A stretch of 64,000 nt of DNA from a virus. A program made the position numbers and the translations under genes. Below are positions 9,723 to 18,840 of the stretch, one piece after another. Positions within the stretch are counted from its first letter, which is position 1, and every line of letters starts with the position of its first letter. Location: IMG/VR virus record IMGVR_UViG_3300027749_000046, one strand, 5' to 3'. Below the pieces are notes generated by a model. The model ran no database searches. It was not told the DNA's origin and saw only the letters and a program-made list of their open reading frames with translations.

Positions 9723-11279
9723 ATGGTGGACATACCGGGCGGTATCTACAGGACAGTAACTGGTGCCGCCAAGGCAGTTGGCAGAGAGACTCTCGCCGGA
9801 GTAGTAGGTCCGCGCGGAGCCGACGCACTTATAAGAAACTTCTCAAGCGCAGCTGCTACTAACACGAGCGCCATGCAGGGAGTTATGCGCGCTGTAGTTG
9901 AGTCTAATAGATTAAACACTCAGATCTACAAGGAAGTTCGCTCTCAGAGTGTTCTTCTCGACAGCATGAACATGAATATGCTGGCGATAAAGAACGGCAT
10001 AGCGAACTTGACATATCAATTGTCCGGCGGTGGAAATAGATCTACCAATGTAATATCACAGAGTGGAAACTCGGAAGACACAGGTCTGCTGGGTATGATT
10101 ACATCTGGCGCAGTAGACTCTGTGGTACCAATTATTGTTCCAGTTGTAGCCGCCGTGCTGGCCGGAATATTTGGGGCTAACTATAAAGATATAGTAAAAT
10201 ACTTAAAAAAAGACCCCTATGAAAAAGGCGGTAGCACAGGTCAAGAATCTCGTACTCGCAATAACTACGCTCGCGATCCAGAGACCGGTCAGTACTCAGA
10301 AGAAGCATTTAAGAAAGAGACGACAAGACCGGGTTTCAATCCCGACAACTTAGTATATGACTACAATAGCGATGTTAAGTCGGGTGCACCAGTTCCCCCT
10401 TATATAGAGAAGTACGTTGAGCAGCTCAGAGACGAATCCAAAAAGAGGGGAGAAGAAACTCCTAAGTCAAGTACAAACTTAGGATTTAAGCAAGATATCT
10501 CTCCGACTCCATCACCCGATACGACAAAGTCATCTGTTCTGGGCATGCCTATAGAGAGAGTCCATGAGCTCTATAAGAAGTTTGGTGCGCCCGGTCCATC
10601 TGGTTCAAATGGAATGCTTCCCGATAACGCTCTGACTACAGTAGATGGAACTAAAGCAGAATCAGCAACTGCCGCAGACTATCTCAAGATGAAAGAAGCA
10701 GCTGCGAAAGACGGCGTAAGCTGGGGTAAGCCGAGCGGTTATAGAACTTACGACGAGCAGGTAGCACTCGCTGAGCAGAAAGGAATATACGGGCACGGCG
10801 GACTGGCCGCTACTCCTGGAAGATCTAACCATGGTCTCGGCATGGCCTTTGACCTAAGCGGTATGAACGACAAGGCCTTCAAGTGGCTTGAGCAGCATGG
10901 TACAGACTATGGATTTAAGACTATACCAGGAGAAAAGTGGCACTGGGAGCATACAGCACAGAGACAAGCCGCTCTTGGAACAGGCGCCAGCAGGCAGGCG
11001 AGCGAAGAGTCATCAAGCAAAGTTGCAATGCTAGAGCCGGGCAATAGTACTGGCGATAATATAGCGAGTAACTCTATAAAGAGAGAAGAACAGCAAGCAG
11101 TATCTCCTTCAGTTATCATGCAGAGTTCTGCGTCCGATACAGATCACGCGAGAGCCAATCCTATAATGCCAAAAGGCGCAAATGATCCAAGTCCACACAG
11201 CGTGCCGGATGTGCATAGTAGGTCCATCATAGCGAGTCTGTTTGGCATGGACGCCGACCCTAGACTAGGAACTGCATAG
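9723..11279 (+). CDS. Tail/baseplate protein with an M15 D,D-peptidase domain and a TM segment
   Basis: SGYRTYDEQ, SNHGLGMAFD, EKWHW zinc-peptidase motifs; sits at the gp29 position. Confidence 0.8.
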   Translation: MVDIPGGIYRTVTGAAKAVGRETLAGVVGPRGADALIRNFSSAAATNTSAMQGVMRAVVESNRLNTQIYKEVRSQSVLLDSMNMNMLAIKNGIANLTYQLSGGGNRSTNVISQSGNSEDTGLLGMITSGAVDSVVPIIVPVVAAVLAGIFGANYKDIVKYLKKDPYEKGGSTGQESRTRNNYARDPETGQYSEEAFKKETTRPGFNPDNLVYDYNSDVKSGAPVPPYIEKYVEQLRDESKKRGEETPKSSTNLGFKQDISPTPSPDTTKSSVLGMPIERVHELYKKFGAPGPSGSNGMLPDNALTTVDGTKAESATAADYLKMKEAAAKDGVSWGKPSGYRTYDEQVALAEQKGIYGHGGLAATPGRSNHGLGMAFDLSGMNDKAFKWLEQHGTDYGFKTIPGEKWHWEHTAQRQAALGTGASRQASEESSSKVAMLEPGNSTGDNIASNSIKREEQQAVSPSVIMQSSASDTDHARANPIMPKGANDPSPHSVPDVHSRSIIASLFGMDADPRLGTA

Positions 11280-11280
11280 T

Positions 11281-12792
11281 ATGGCAGATTCACCAGGTGG
11301 GCTATATAGGACAACTACTGAAGATCAAATATCCTCTGCAACAAAGAGCTTTGCGGGACAGACAGCTTCATTTAGAAATGTATCTAGCGCTGTTACCACA
11401 TCTAATAGAATAACTAATCAGGTCTATAAAGAAGTCAGAAATAATACCGCTCTTCTCAATAGTATAAACTTGAATATGATAGGTCTAAAGAACGGCATAG
11501 CGAACTTGAGCTATCATCTCTCTAGACAGACGTCAAATAAACCTGATACAATTGGTTCACAAAAAAGAGAAAATGGAAGAGGAATCACAGAGTACCTCAT
11601 ACCTGTTGCCGCTGGTGTTATAGCAGCTCTGGGACTATCTTCTACTACAACTAATGCCAAAGACGATAAACCGCCACCAGAGAGCAGTGGTTCTACTGCG
11701 TCGCCTGATGTCAAAAAAAGTGATGTGCCGTCTGACGTTAAAAAGAGTGACACAACTGGACAAAGTATTCCTGCGCCAGAGGGTAGAACAGAAGCTCCAG
11801 CCGCAGCGCCTGTAAAGTCTCAGCCTGCTCAGTCGCTGCAAACACCAGCGAGTAAAGCGCCTGATGCAGAGAAAGTACAGCAAGCTCCTGCAGTGCCTGC
11901 ACCAGCAAGTCCATCTGTACCCCCTATAGCTGCAACTCCACTTCCGCCTCTCAAAGAAGCTAAATCAGAGAAACCAGCGCCAGTTCAAGGGCCTCATACT
12001 CCTGGATCTCCATGGAATAAAGATCGTATAGAGGGAAAAGATATCCCTCCGCCCGCAGAGAAGCCAGTTCCTCTCCCTCCTGTAAGACCGCCAGAAGAGA
12101 AGAATGAGCCAGTTAAAAAAGATAAAGCTGCTGGTGATTCTAATTTAGTACGCATGAATAAACGCACATATGTGGGTAAGCCTGAATTTATATCCGCATC
12201 AGACATACTCAGCTATCTCATGGGTAAGACTGATAGAGTTCATGCAATAGGTATCATTGCAAACATGGAGCGCGAGTCGAGCTTCAGTCCAAATGTTCTT
12301 GGGGATGATAAAACATCAGGGGGACTATTTCAGCACCATCTTGATAGATTCAAAGCGATGAAGGACTACGTGGGTCCAAACTGGACTAGTGATTGGAAGA
12401 AGCAGATCGACTATGCCTTCAATGAGAAACAAATGAATGATTATCTGGCTAAGAAATTCAAGAATAGCGAGGCCGCGGCTTCTGAATTTGTTGATATATT
12501 TGAACGTCCTAAAGATGGGACAAAGGCAAAAAGCGGTGCTATAGCAAACGCAAAGAAATACGATAAGTCATCTGATGCTGGAGATACTCTCAATGATAGG
12601 TCTATGAATACAGAGGCTAATAGAACTGCAATGGCAAACAGACCCATCGTACTTCCTGTTCCAAGCCAGAGAGGCACGCAGATGACTGCCAATAGAGGTT
12701 CAGGCTCTGGAAGATCTGGTAGAAGTAATCCACTCTTTGCCGGTGAGATCATCGGTCATCTGTTTGGATTGGATGACCATCAGGCTGCATAA
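11281..12792 (+). CDS. Paralogous tail/baseplate protein with a phage-tail-lysozyme domain
   Basis: GIIANMERES, GLFQ, QIDY, AA-F-FERP motifs; N- and C-termini similar to the upstream gene. Confidence 0.78.
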   Translation: MADSPGGLYRTTTEDQISSATKSFAGQTASFRNVSSAVTTSNRITNQVYKEVRNNTALLNSINLNMIGLKNGIANLSYHLSRQTSNKPDTIGSQKRENGRGITEYLIPVAAGVIAALGLSSTTTNAKDDKPPPESSGSTASPDVKKSDVPSDVKKSDTTGQSIPAPEGRTEAPAAAPVKSQPAQSLQTPASKAPDAEKVQQAPAVPAPASPSVPPIAATPLPPLKEAKSEKPAPVQGPHTPGSPWNKDRIEGKDIPPPAEKPVPLPPVRPPEEKNEPVKKDKAAGDSNLVRMNKRTYVGKPEFISASDILSYLMGKTDRVHAIGIIANMERESSFSPNVLGDDKTSGGLFQHHLDRFKAMKDYVGPNWTSDWKKQIDYAFNEKQMNDYLAKKFKNSEAAASEFVDIFERPKDGTKAKSGAIANAKKYDKSSDAGDTLNDRSMNTEANRTAMANRPIVLPVPSQRGTQMTANRGSGSGRSGRSNPLFAGEIIGHLFGLDDHQAA

Positions 12793-12815
12793 AAAAAGGG
12801 GGCCGAAGCCCCCTT
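12791..12815 (-). terminator. Rho-independent terminator between convergent genes
   Basis: Minus strand AAGGGGGC-TTCG-GCCCCCTT followed by a T run, directly after gp32. Confidence 0.9.
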
Positions 12816-12819
12816 AATC

Positions 12820-13734
12820 TTACCTAGCTGCTAGGTTCTTAAAGAACTCAAGACCCTCGTCATCTTCCTCGTCCAGCTTAGGCGCTGGAGCCGCCTTGAA
12901 CTTAGGCGCAGGGGATTCATCCTTCCACGGGAGGTCGTCGTCCTCGGCCTTCGTACGGGCGATAGCGCGGGCTCCAGATGCAGAGCCGTCGGTACCGAGA
13001 ACCTTGGCCAACTTGGCCGAGAGCTCCTCGTACGTCTTGAAGTTCGACGGCGCGAGGAACTCCTGAAGAGAGCTCTCTTGCTTCCACAGTCCCTCGAGCT
13101 CTGAGTCGTCCTGCAGGAGAGGAGCTGACTTAGCGAACTCAGACTTATCGTAGTTGCGATAACCCTCAACCTGACGAATCTTGAGCTTGAAGTTCGCGCC
13201 GGCCCAGAAGTCAAACGGGTTGACCGCCTCTTCGTCTTGGAACTGTGGGTTCATCAGCTCGTTGAGCTTGTCGAAGATCTTCTTGCCGTACTTGAACAAG
13301 AATACCTTGCCCTCGTTATCGGGATTGCCCGGATCGTTCACGACGTAGATGTTGCTGATGAAGTGAAGGCGGCGCTTCTGCTTGCGCGCGACTTCCTTGT
13401 CGGACTCAAGGCCAGAGTTCCAGAGCTTTGAGTTGTGCTCAGAGACTGGATCGTTCTTGCCGATAGTCGTGAGTGAGTTCTCGATGTACCACGTGCCGGT
13501 CGGGCCTTGGAAACCGTGATCCCAAACGCGAACGAAGGGCATGTCTTCATTTGGAGGTGCTGGGAGGAAGCGGAATACGGCATAGCCATTGCCCGCCTTG
13601 TCTACTGTCGGCGACCAAAAGCGATCGTCCGACTTGCGTTCCTGCTGATTAGTTGCAAGCTTGCTGAGGTCTGCTGCGAGCTTGTCGAGTCCAGACTTGC
13701 CGGACTGCTTCTTGAGTTGTGAAAAGTCTACCAT
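12820..13734 (-). CDS. gp32: Single-stranded DNA-binding protein gp32
   Basis: DDRFW, GNGYAV-RFLP, HGFQG, WYIEN, GANFKLK, YRNYDKSEF and an acidic tail; start set at MVDF. Confidence 0.97.
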   Translation of the reverse strand: MVDFSQLKKQSGKSGLDKLAADLSKLATNQQERKSDDRFWSPTVDKAGNGYAVFRFLPAPPNEDMPFVRVWDHGFQGPTGTWYIENSLTTIGKNDPVSEHNSKLWNSGLESDKEVARKQKRRLHFISNIYVVNDPGNPDNEGKVFLFKYGKKIFDKLNELMNPQFQDEEAVNPFDFWAGANFKLKIRQVEGYRNYDKSEFAKSAPLLQDDSELEGLWKQESSLQEFLAPSNFKTYEELSAKLAKVLGTDGSASGARAIARTKAEDDDLPWKDESPAPKFKAAPAPKLDEEDDEGLEFFKNLAAR

Positions 13735-13798
13735 TGTATTCTCCGTATGTTGCGATGTATTTTCGTATGTATACACTGAGCTGAATGTCGCTCAATAT

Positions 13799-13806
13799 TA
13801 TTTATA
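13799..13806 (-). promoter_or_regulatory. T4-type late promoter TATAAATA upstream of gp32 (TTGACA at about 13827-13832 suggests an overlapping sigma70 promoter)
   Basis: Exact consensus in the intergenic region. Confidence 0.7.
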
Positions 13807-13812
13807 CTATCA

Positions 13813-14409
13813 TCATTGCTGATATTTGTCAACAATAATTTCTCTCATCTTTTCCTCGTCGTACTTGAGGAAAGGCTTGTACTTGGTGATAATGAGTTCT
13901 ATCTCATCCCATATTGGATCACCTTCCATCTTATTATTCCAGTATCTCAGACACTTTGCAACGTGAACTAATATCACGAGAGTCTCGAGCGATATCTCTC
14001 CGCGCATGTATAGCTTAAGCAGGTGCGGGTGCTGGCCGTCTTCTATCTTGAAGTTGCTGTCGAAGTCCTCGTTCAGCTTGGACAACTCAGACTTAAAGAT
14101 ATAGCTCAGAGACTGGATCTTCTTCTGCCACTCGTCGTGGATACGCTGGGCCTGCTCGTTGTATGCGATATCCTTAATCCACATCTTATTGTTATGGATC
14201 ATATTGGACAGCATAAAGCTGTGCGGATCGGGATGCTTGGCCAGCTTAGCGAAGAATATCTTATCGCGGCGTCCCTCGAAGCTGGACAGCTTGGCGTTCA
14301 CCTTGCCGTTGTACTTCAGGTAGTCGTATCCCCTGCGGCTGAAGTGCTGCTTTAAAGCTAGGTACTCTTGGTAGCACTCAAATGGCGTCACTTTTTTCCT
14401 CGGTATCAT
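13813..14409 (-). CDS. gp59: Helicase loader gp59
   Basis: Y-YLALKQHF, YDY-KYNGK, R-DK-FF-KL, HP-LLK-Y, ISLETL motifs. Confidence 0.92.
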   Translation of the reverse strand: MIPRKKVTPFECYQEYLALKQHFSRRGYDYLKYNGKVNAKLSSFEGRRDKIFFAKLAKHPDPHSFMLSNMIHNNKMWIKDIAYNEQAQRIHDEWQKKIQSLSYIFKSELSKLNEDFDSNFKIEDGQHPHLLKLYMRGEISLETLVILVHVAKCLRYWNNKMEGDPIWDEIELIITKYKPFLKYDEEKMREIIVDKYQQ

Positions 14410-14642
14410 ACCGGCAGTCTCGCGCCCTTCTTCAGAACGTTGATGTTCTCGGCTTCGGTCTGCATCTTTGACTTTAGTACTGGATCTTTCTTGATCATAT
14501 TTGCTGCGTATTCTACTTCTAGATTATTCTTCTGACACCAGAAGATCACAGCGTCGATGTAGTCGAGGTTCTTAGAGTTTACGAGTTTCTCTATCTCAGT
14601 CGAGAAGATAGAATTAGAATTCACAATGCTGATGATACTCAT
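14406..14642 (-). CDS. gp33: Late transcription coactivator gp33
   Basis: F-EIE, YIDAV-C-N-E-E, LK-K-EAE, RLP motifs. Confidence 0.88.
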   Translation of the reverse strand: MSIISIVNSNSIFSTEIEKLVNSKNLDYIDAVIFWCQKNNLEVEYAANMIKKDPVLKSKMQTEAENINVLKKGARLPV

Positions 14643-14821
14643 TCTGTATCGTCATTCTTTTCAAATTCAAGAACTAAAATATTATTCTTTATCATCATTA
14701 TCCATACTCCAATTATAATAGACGAAGATACCAGACTTCCAGTAACAAACATATTAAAGGCAAAGACGAGCATTGCGACTGATAAGAAAACTACCCATAT
14801 GGGCACCACGTGCATACTCAC
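14639..14821 (-). CDS. Small membrane protein
   Basis: Hydrophobic 60-aa ORF whose stop overlaps the gp33 start. Confidence 0.55.
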   Translation of the reverse strand: MSMHVVPIWVVFLSVAMLVFAFNMFVTGSLVSSSIIIGVWIMMIKNNILVLEFEKNDDTE

Positions 14822-14847
14822 TCGTACCTCGCTTTAATTTATATAGA

Positions 14848-14939
14848 TGGTAGGCGTGGAGGGATTCGAACCCCCTCGAGAACGGTAATCTGCCGCTGAA
14901 AGGCTTATAAGGCCTCCCTGTGTACCAACACCCACGCCT
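14848..14939 (-). tRNA. Atypical tRNA with UAU anticodon, long variable arm and D-tetraloop (allo-tRNA-like)
   Basis: Acceptor AGGCGTGG/CCACGCCT-A-CCA; D arm GTGT-TGGT-ACAC; anticodon loop CT-TAT-AA; V arm AGCGG/CCGTT; T loop TTCGAAT. Confidence 0.8.
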
Positions 14940-14944
14940 ATGAT

Positions 14945-15020
14945 TGGCGATCACCAAGGGACTCGAACCCCTAACCTAGAGAGTAGAAATCTCTTGCTCT
15001 TCCAGTTGAGCTAGGTGACC
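14945..15020 (-). tRNA. tRNA-Arg(UCU)
   Basis: Canonical cloverleaf, AGAGA-TT-TCT-AC-TCTCT anticodon arm, encoded CCA. Confidence 0.93.
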
Positions 15021-15027
15021 AATTAAA

Positions 15028-15243
15028 TTATTTTTTGTCAATAAATGCTTTTAACTCTTCTGCCAATAAAATAATATCCGATTTGCTTGGATATTTCAAA
15101 GCATTCATAGCAGCAATTCGATTTGGGGAATTTGGTTCGGTTGTATCTCTGATACGTTCCATGGCCGCAAAATATTCACCAGTTAACTGGCTTTGCGCAT
15201 AATGAAGAAGATCAAAACGAATTTCAAATGGTGTTTTTGTCAT
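15028..15243 (-). CDS. Phage hypothetical protein (KTPFEIR family-like)
   Basis: ORF with GGAG RBS before MTKTPFEIRFDLL. Confidence 0.7.
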   Translation of the reverse strand: MTKTPFEIRFDLLHYAQSQLTGEYFAAMERIRDTTEPNSPNRIAAMNALKYPSKSDIILLAEELKAFIDKK

Positions 15244-15289
15244 AGTAGTCTCCTGTGTCTGTGTTTGTGTAGTGAGTCCGTTATTTGAT

Positions 15290-15585
15290 AGGGTGGAACT
15301 CATACCCCAGACTTATCTTTTAAGCAGCAATTTTCATTGCGGAATAATTAATATTGTCATTATGTGCTTTTTTTGCAGATAACTTATTTATGCAGTCGTC
15401 TCGGTCCGCTTTTAACACACCTGTCGATCCTATTTCGCCCCCATCAAAGATACATCGGGTGTTCGGAGAAACCTATTACACCATATTTGTTCCGACTATG
15501 GAGACCGATGTATCCATGGTGGAGGCGGCGGGTACCGCCCCCGCGTCCAGTATGTCTATTCTGCTTTCGTCATCAACAACAGCAT
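15290..15585 (-). ncRNA. ssrA: Circularly permuted two-piece tmRNA (outer ends approximate)
   Basis: Acceptor piece ends GGACGCGGGGGCGGTACCCGCCGCCTCCACCA at 15517; coding piece starts GGGGGCGAAATAGGATCGAC at 15442; G3-U70 pair; tag frame AKKAHNDNINYSAMKIAA-stop. Confidence 0.9.
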
Positions 15586-15589
15586 ATAT

Positions 15590-15620
15590 TATTTATACCA
15601 CGTTTTAGATTATTTGTCAA
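15590..15620 (-). promoter_or_regulatory. Combined sigma70 (TTGACA) and late (TATAAATA) promoter for the tmRNA/tRNA cluster
   Basis: TTGACA at 15620-15615 and TATAAATA at 15597-15590. Confidence 0.7.
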
Positions 15621-16041
15621 TAACTAAATCAGGTCCTACTACATTAATTTTAACTAGTCGAGTAATGTTGAGATCTTTGCCGCCCCAGCGAGTGTACTCA
15701 CGACCGCCGTCGACAAATACGGAATTGTCTGGACTGCCGCGATAGTCGTGACGGAATCGACTGTAGATCACGTCACCGTTGTCAGCTACTATGCCATCGA
15801 ACGGCTCGGTTGCAGAGTCGGCTTTGCAGATCATCACATCTTTATCATAGACATACATGCCGAAGTAGTTAGACATCTCAGGAGGTGGGTGCGGTTGGTA
15901 GAACACGGCGGCTGGTTGATAGCTCCACCCGCCGTCTTTCGTCTTGAGACTGGAGTCACAGACATACTTGGCGCGATACGTCTCCTCGATCTTCTCGATA
16001 GACTCTTTAGGAAAGACGATAGACTCATTTAGGATCTTCAT
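15610..16041 (-). CDS. Hypothetical protein
   Basis: ORF in the operon; YSR-RHDY and VDGGR-Y motifs. Confidence 0.7.
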   Translation of the reverse strand: MKILNESIVFPKESIEKIEETYRAKYVCDSSLKTKDGGWSYQPAAVFYQPHPPPEMSNYFGMYVYDKDVMICKADSATEPFDGIVADNGDVIYSRFRHDYRGSPDNSVFVDGGREYTRWGGKDLNITRLVKINVVGPDLVIDK

Positions 16042-16042
16042 G

Positions 16043-17143
16043 TCAGATAACTTTCAGTAAGATTGTGTTCTCATTGATGCGAGGATTGAACGTATTAGAC
16101 TTAAGATCTGCTAGGACTTTCTTAAGTCCGGCCTTGGTTGCCTTGGCTACGGCGTCTGCGACCACAGCCGTCTTACGACCAGTCTTATAGCTCGCGGACT
16201 GAGTCTCGTCGAACGCAGCGATAGTCGTGCCCTTGACTTTAAGACCACCTCGGTCTAGCGCCCGGAAGATCGTGATGATACCGTACTTAGAGTTGAAAGC
16301 CCAGAGCTCTTGTGCGCCGATGATCTTCTGTGGATCTACAGACGCCAGCTTGTACTCGGCGGACTCTTTCTGATACTTAAAGTTCTTAAGCATCTTATCG
16401 ACAGATACAGGCCGCGGCTTGCGCACTGCGCGGGTCTTCTTGGTCACACTGCCGTAGCGCTCTGCGTCTTCTACTAGCTGAAGATAGAAACTCATTCGAG
16501 TCTTGAGCTTGGCTTTATTCCAGTTCTCATACCCATCGATATTACCCGACACGGCGTCGATGAATTCATTTAAGACCGGCGCGTAGTACTCAACGATCTT
16601 ACTCGCGTACATAGCTGGGATCTCATTCTTCTGCAGCCACGTATAGAGTGAGAAGGGCTCGTCTTTGTCGATGAGCTCCTCGATATCACCTATGATTTCA
16701 TAGCCGCGCTCCTTGATGCGATCTTGAATAGAAGGCTTGTCTGCCTTAGGCTTATCTTTAGGCTCTTCTGGAGTCACTTTCTTGATAGACTCGATGATCA
16801 TCTCGAGAGAGCGATCGCTGATCTTAGTTCCGGTGCGTGTTGCGATACGGCAGTTCCACGCCGCGGTGAATGGAATCCAGTTATCAGGAATAAGCGATAC
16901 AGACTTTACTAGAGCGGCCTGATGCTGAGACAGATAGTCCACCAGATAGTCGCGTGCGTCGTCTTTAGAAGCCATAGAGCCGTACCATGAGTAGGCTCGC
17001 GCATAGTCAGATACGGACTTGATCTTAGCTGAATCCGGCTCGTCGCCGAGGTACTTGAAGTTAACGAGATATGCCTCGGACCGAGTAATCTTTGGCTTCT
17101 TGGTATTTCTACCCTTATTCAGAAGCTTGCTTTTTACTGCCAT
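16043..17143 (-). CDS. Conserved T4-like hypothetical protein
   Basis: 366-aa ORF; SVDP-IIGA-LW, VKGTTI, RINENTILL motifs. Confidence 0.75.
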   Translation of the reverse strand: MAVKSKLLNKGRNTKKPKITRSEAYLVNFKYLGDEPDSAKIKSVSDYARAYSWYGSMASKDDARDYLVDYLSQHQAALVKSVSLIPDNWIPFTAAWNCRIATRTGTKISDRSLEMIIESIKKVTPEEPKDKPKADKPSIQDRIKERGYEIIGDIEELIDKDEPFSLYTWLQKNEIPAMYASKIVEYYAPVLNEFIDAVSGNIDGYENWNKAKLKTRMSFYLQLVEDAERYGSVTKKTRAVRKPRPVSVDKMLKNFKYQKESAEYKLASVDPQKIIGAQELWAFNSKYGIITIFRALDRGGLKVKGTTIAAFDETQSASYKTGRKTAVVADAVAKATKAGLKKVLADLKSNTFNPRINENTILLKVI

Positions 17144-17269
17144 TTAATAACTCCATTGCAAATTTAGGGTTTACGATACCCGCGACTATGAGCATAAGTC
17201 CGAGGAATACCACGAGGAGGCGTGCTGCCACCTCGCAGTAGACTATGTGAAGGGCTTGAGATATCTCGC

Positions 17270-18232
17270 TCATGCCGCGTCGGCGAACTCAATCGCCGTC
17301 TCAAGCGCCTTGATCTTGAGGTTCTTGTTTCCGCCGTACCAAGCTGACTGGAGACGGGTGTCGCGCGAGCGACCGAGTGTGTGGTCGGTCATGTACGTGA
17401 CGGTGTTGAACGCCTGCCACCAGGTGCCCTCACCCATGTCAGCGCCAGGCTGTGTGTACATGTAGATGAGTGCGTCGGCTGCATTGCGCGACATCTCTTT
17501 CTTGGTGTCTTCCTTAGGGCGGTTGAGCGGGAAGATCGACTTGAAGTAGTCGACGATGTTGTTACCATTGTAGCGCTTGGTGCCGAGGTACTCAGCCATC
17601 TCCTTGTACTTAGCCATCTTCTCGTGTGCTACGCCAAGCATAACCTTGACGCTCTCTGGATCGAACTTCTTGCGATGAGAGATCTTCACCATGTTCTGAA
17701 CGCGAGCGTTAAGCGAGGCAGTAAGCGTGTTGTTGCATACCACGCGGATAGGCGAGAAGCGTACGTCGGTAGCGAAGCCAAAGCGGTGGAAGTTAGTAAA
17801 GAGGAGATAAGAGTCGACGACGTCCTTGCCACCAAAGAGCTCAAATGACTCCTTGACTTTTGCAAGACCCCAGACAATCTGGCCGTCGCGCAGGGAGCCG
17901 GCTGTTTCCATGGACATGTCACCTGCCATAACGAAGTCGTTGAAGAACTCAAACGCCTCTTCGTTCTGGATTGGATTCCAATCTTCAGAAACGACGTCCA
18001 GTACCGAGTCATCGAGAGAGCGAACGAGTGCCGACTGTCCGATAGCGATCTTCTTGCCGTTGATCTCCGCGTAGGCGGGAATCTTCTCGACGGTCCAGTC
18101 GAGGCCAGCAGCCTCGAGCATCTGGACTGGTGTTAAGTCTGCTGGTACCTTCGTACCGAGACCATGCCAAGGCGTCTCACCCGTGTAAGCCATCTGAGCC
18201 TTGCCGTTAATTTCTTCAATCATGTGTGCCAT
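17270..18232 (-). CDS. DUF932/DUF945 (phage/plasmid TIGR03299-like) protein
   Basis: MAY-GETPWHGLG, AGLDW-V, QNEEAF-FF, ETAGSL, RVVCNNTL motifs. Confidence 0.88.
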   Translation of the reverse strand: MAHMIEEINGKAQMAYTGETPWHGLGTKVPADLTPVQMLEAAGLDWTVEKIPAYAEINGKKIAIGQSALVRSLDDSVLDVVSEDWNPIQNEEAFEFFNDFVMAGDMSMETAGSLRDGQIVWGLAKVKESFELFGGKDVVDSYLLFTNFHRFGFATDVRFSPIRVVCNNTLTASLNARVQNMVKISHRKKFDPESVKVMLGVAHEKMAKYKEMAEYLGTKRYNGNNIVDYFKSIFPLNRPKEDTKKEMSRNAADALIYMYTQPGADMGEGTWWQAFNTVTYMTDHTLGRSRDTRLQSAWYGGNKNLKIKALETAIEFADAA

Positions 18233-18302
18233 TATATAGATCCTTGAGTTTGGTTTTGATTTGCTGTATTCATATTATATTAAGATATTATCATAAGAAA
18301 GA

Positions 18303-18782
18303 TTATTTGTCAACCCTCCTACTCAACTTTTTTTGATCACGATTCCAGGCGAAGTAATCAGATGCCAGCTTATCCTGCATGGCGTAGGCCTCTACTTCCC
18401 ATGGTAGATCGCGATAGGGAGTATCAGGGGATACTGGGGAACCATGCCAGTGGGCGTCTTTACGAACGTACTCCTTGAGTTCGTTCTTTGCCCACTGCTT
18501 TATGTGCACCATCTCGTGTGCCAGAGTGCGAATCATTGCAATACGTCCGAGAGAAGCTTCAAGCTCGATCTCAAACTCACGTGGACGAGCGTGGTCGTCA
18601 ATTGGAACGCACCATGCAAAAACATTATCGAGCTTCATGAGGTTCTTACGGATCTTGATGAACGTAAGAACTTTTATTGACAGCCTAGGTGTCAATAATT
18701 TGTCAGCAAAGAAGTTCACTGCCTGTCGAATCTCAGCGCGGGTTATCTTCGTCGGTGAAGAACCTAGAATCTTAACTCTCAT
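18303..18782 (-). CDS. Zincin metallopeptidase-like protein
   Basis: TLAHEMVHIKQ and PWEVEA motifs. Confidence 0.8.
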   Translation of the reverse strand: MRVKILGSSPTKITRAEIRQAVNFFADKLLTPRLSIKVLTFIKIRKNLMKLDNVFAWCVPIDDHARPREFEIELEASLGRIAMIRTLAHEMVHIKQWAKNELKEYVRKDAHWHGSPVSPDTPYRDLPWEVEAYAMQDKLASDYFAWNRDQKKLSRRVDK

Positions 18783-18840
18783 GTGATCTCCTATTGATTA
18801 TAGGATTATAATATCATAAAAAAGAATTATTGTCAACCCC

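Noticed and set aside
14754-15627. ORFs 14754-14957, 15354-15608 and 15364-15627
   Set aside because: They overlap the tRNA and tmRNA genes and are shadow ORFs
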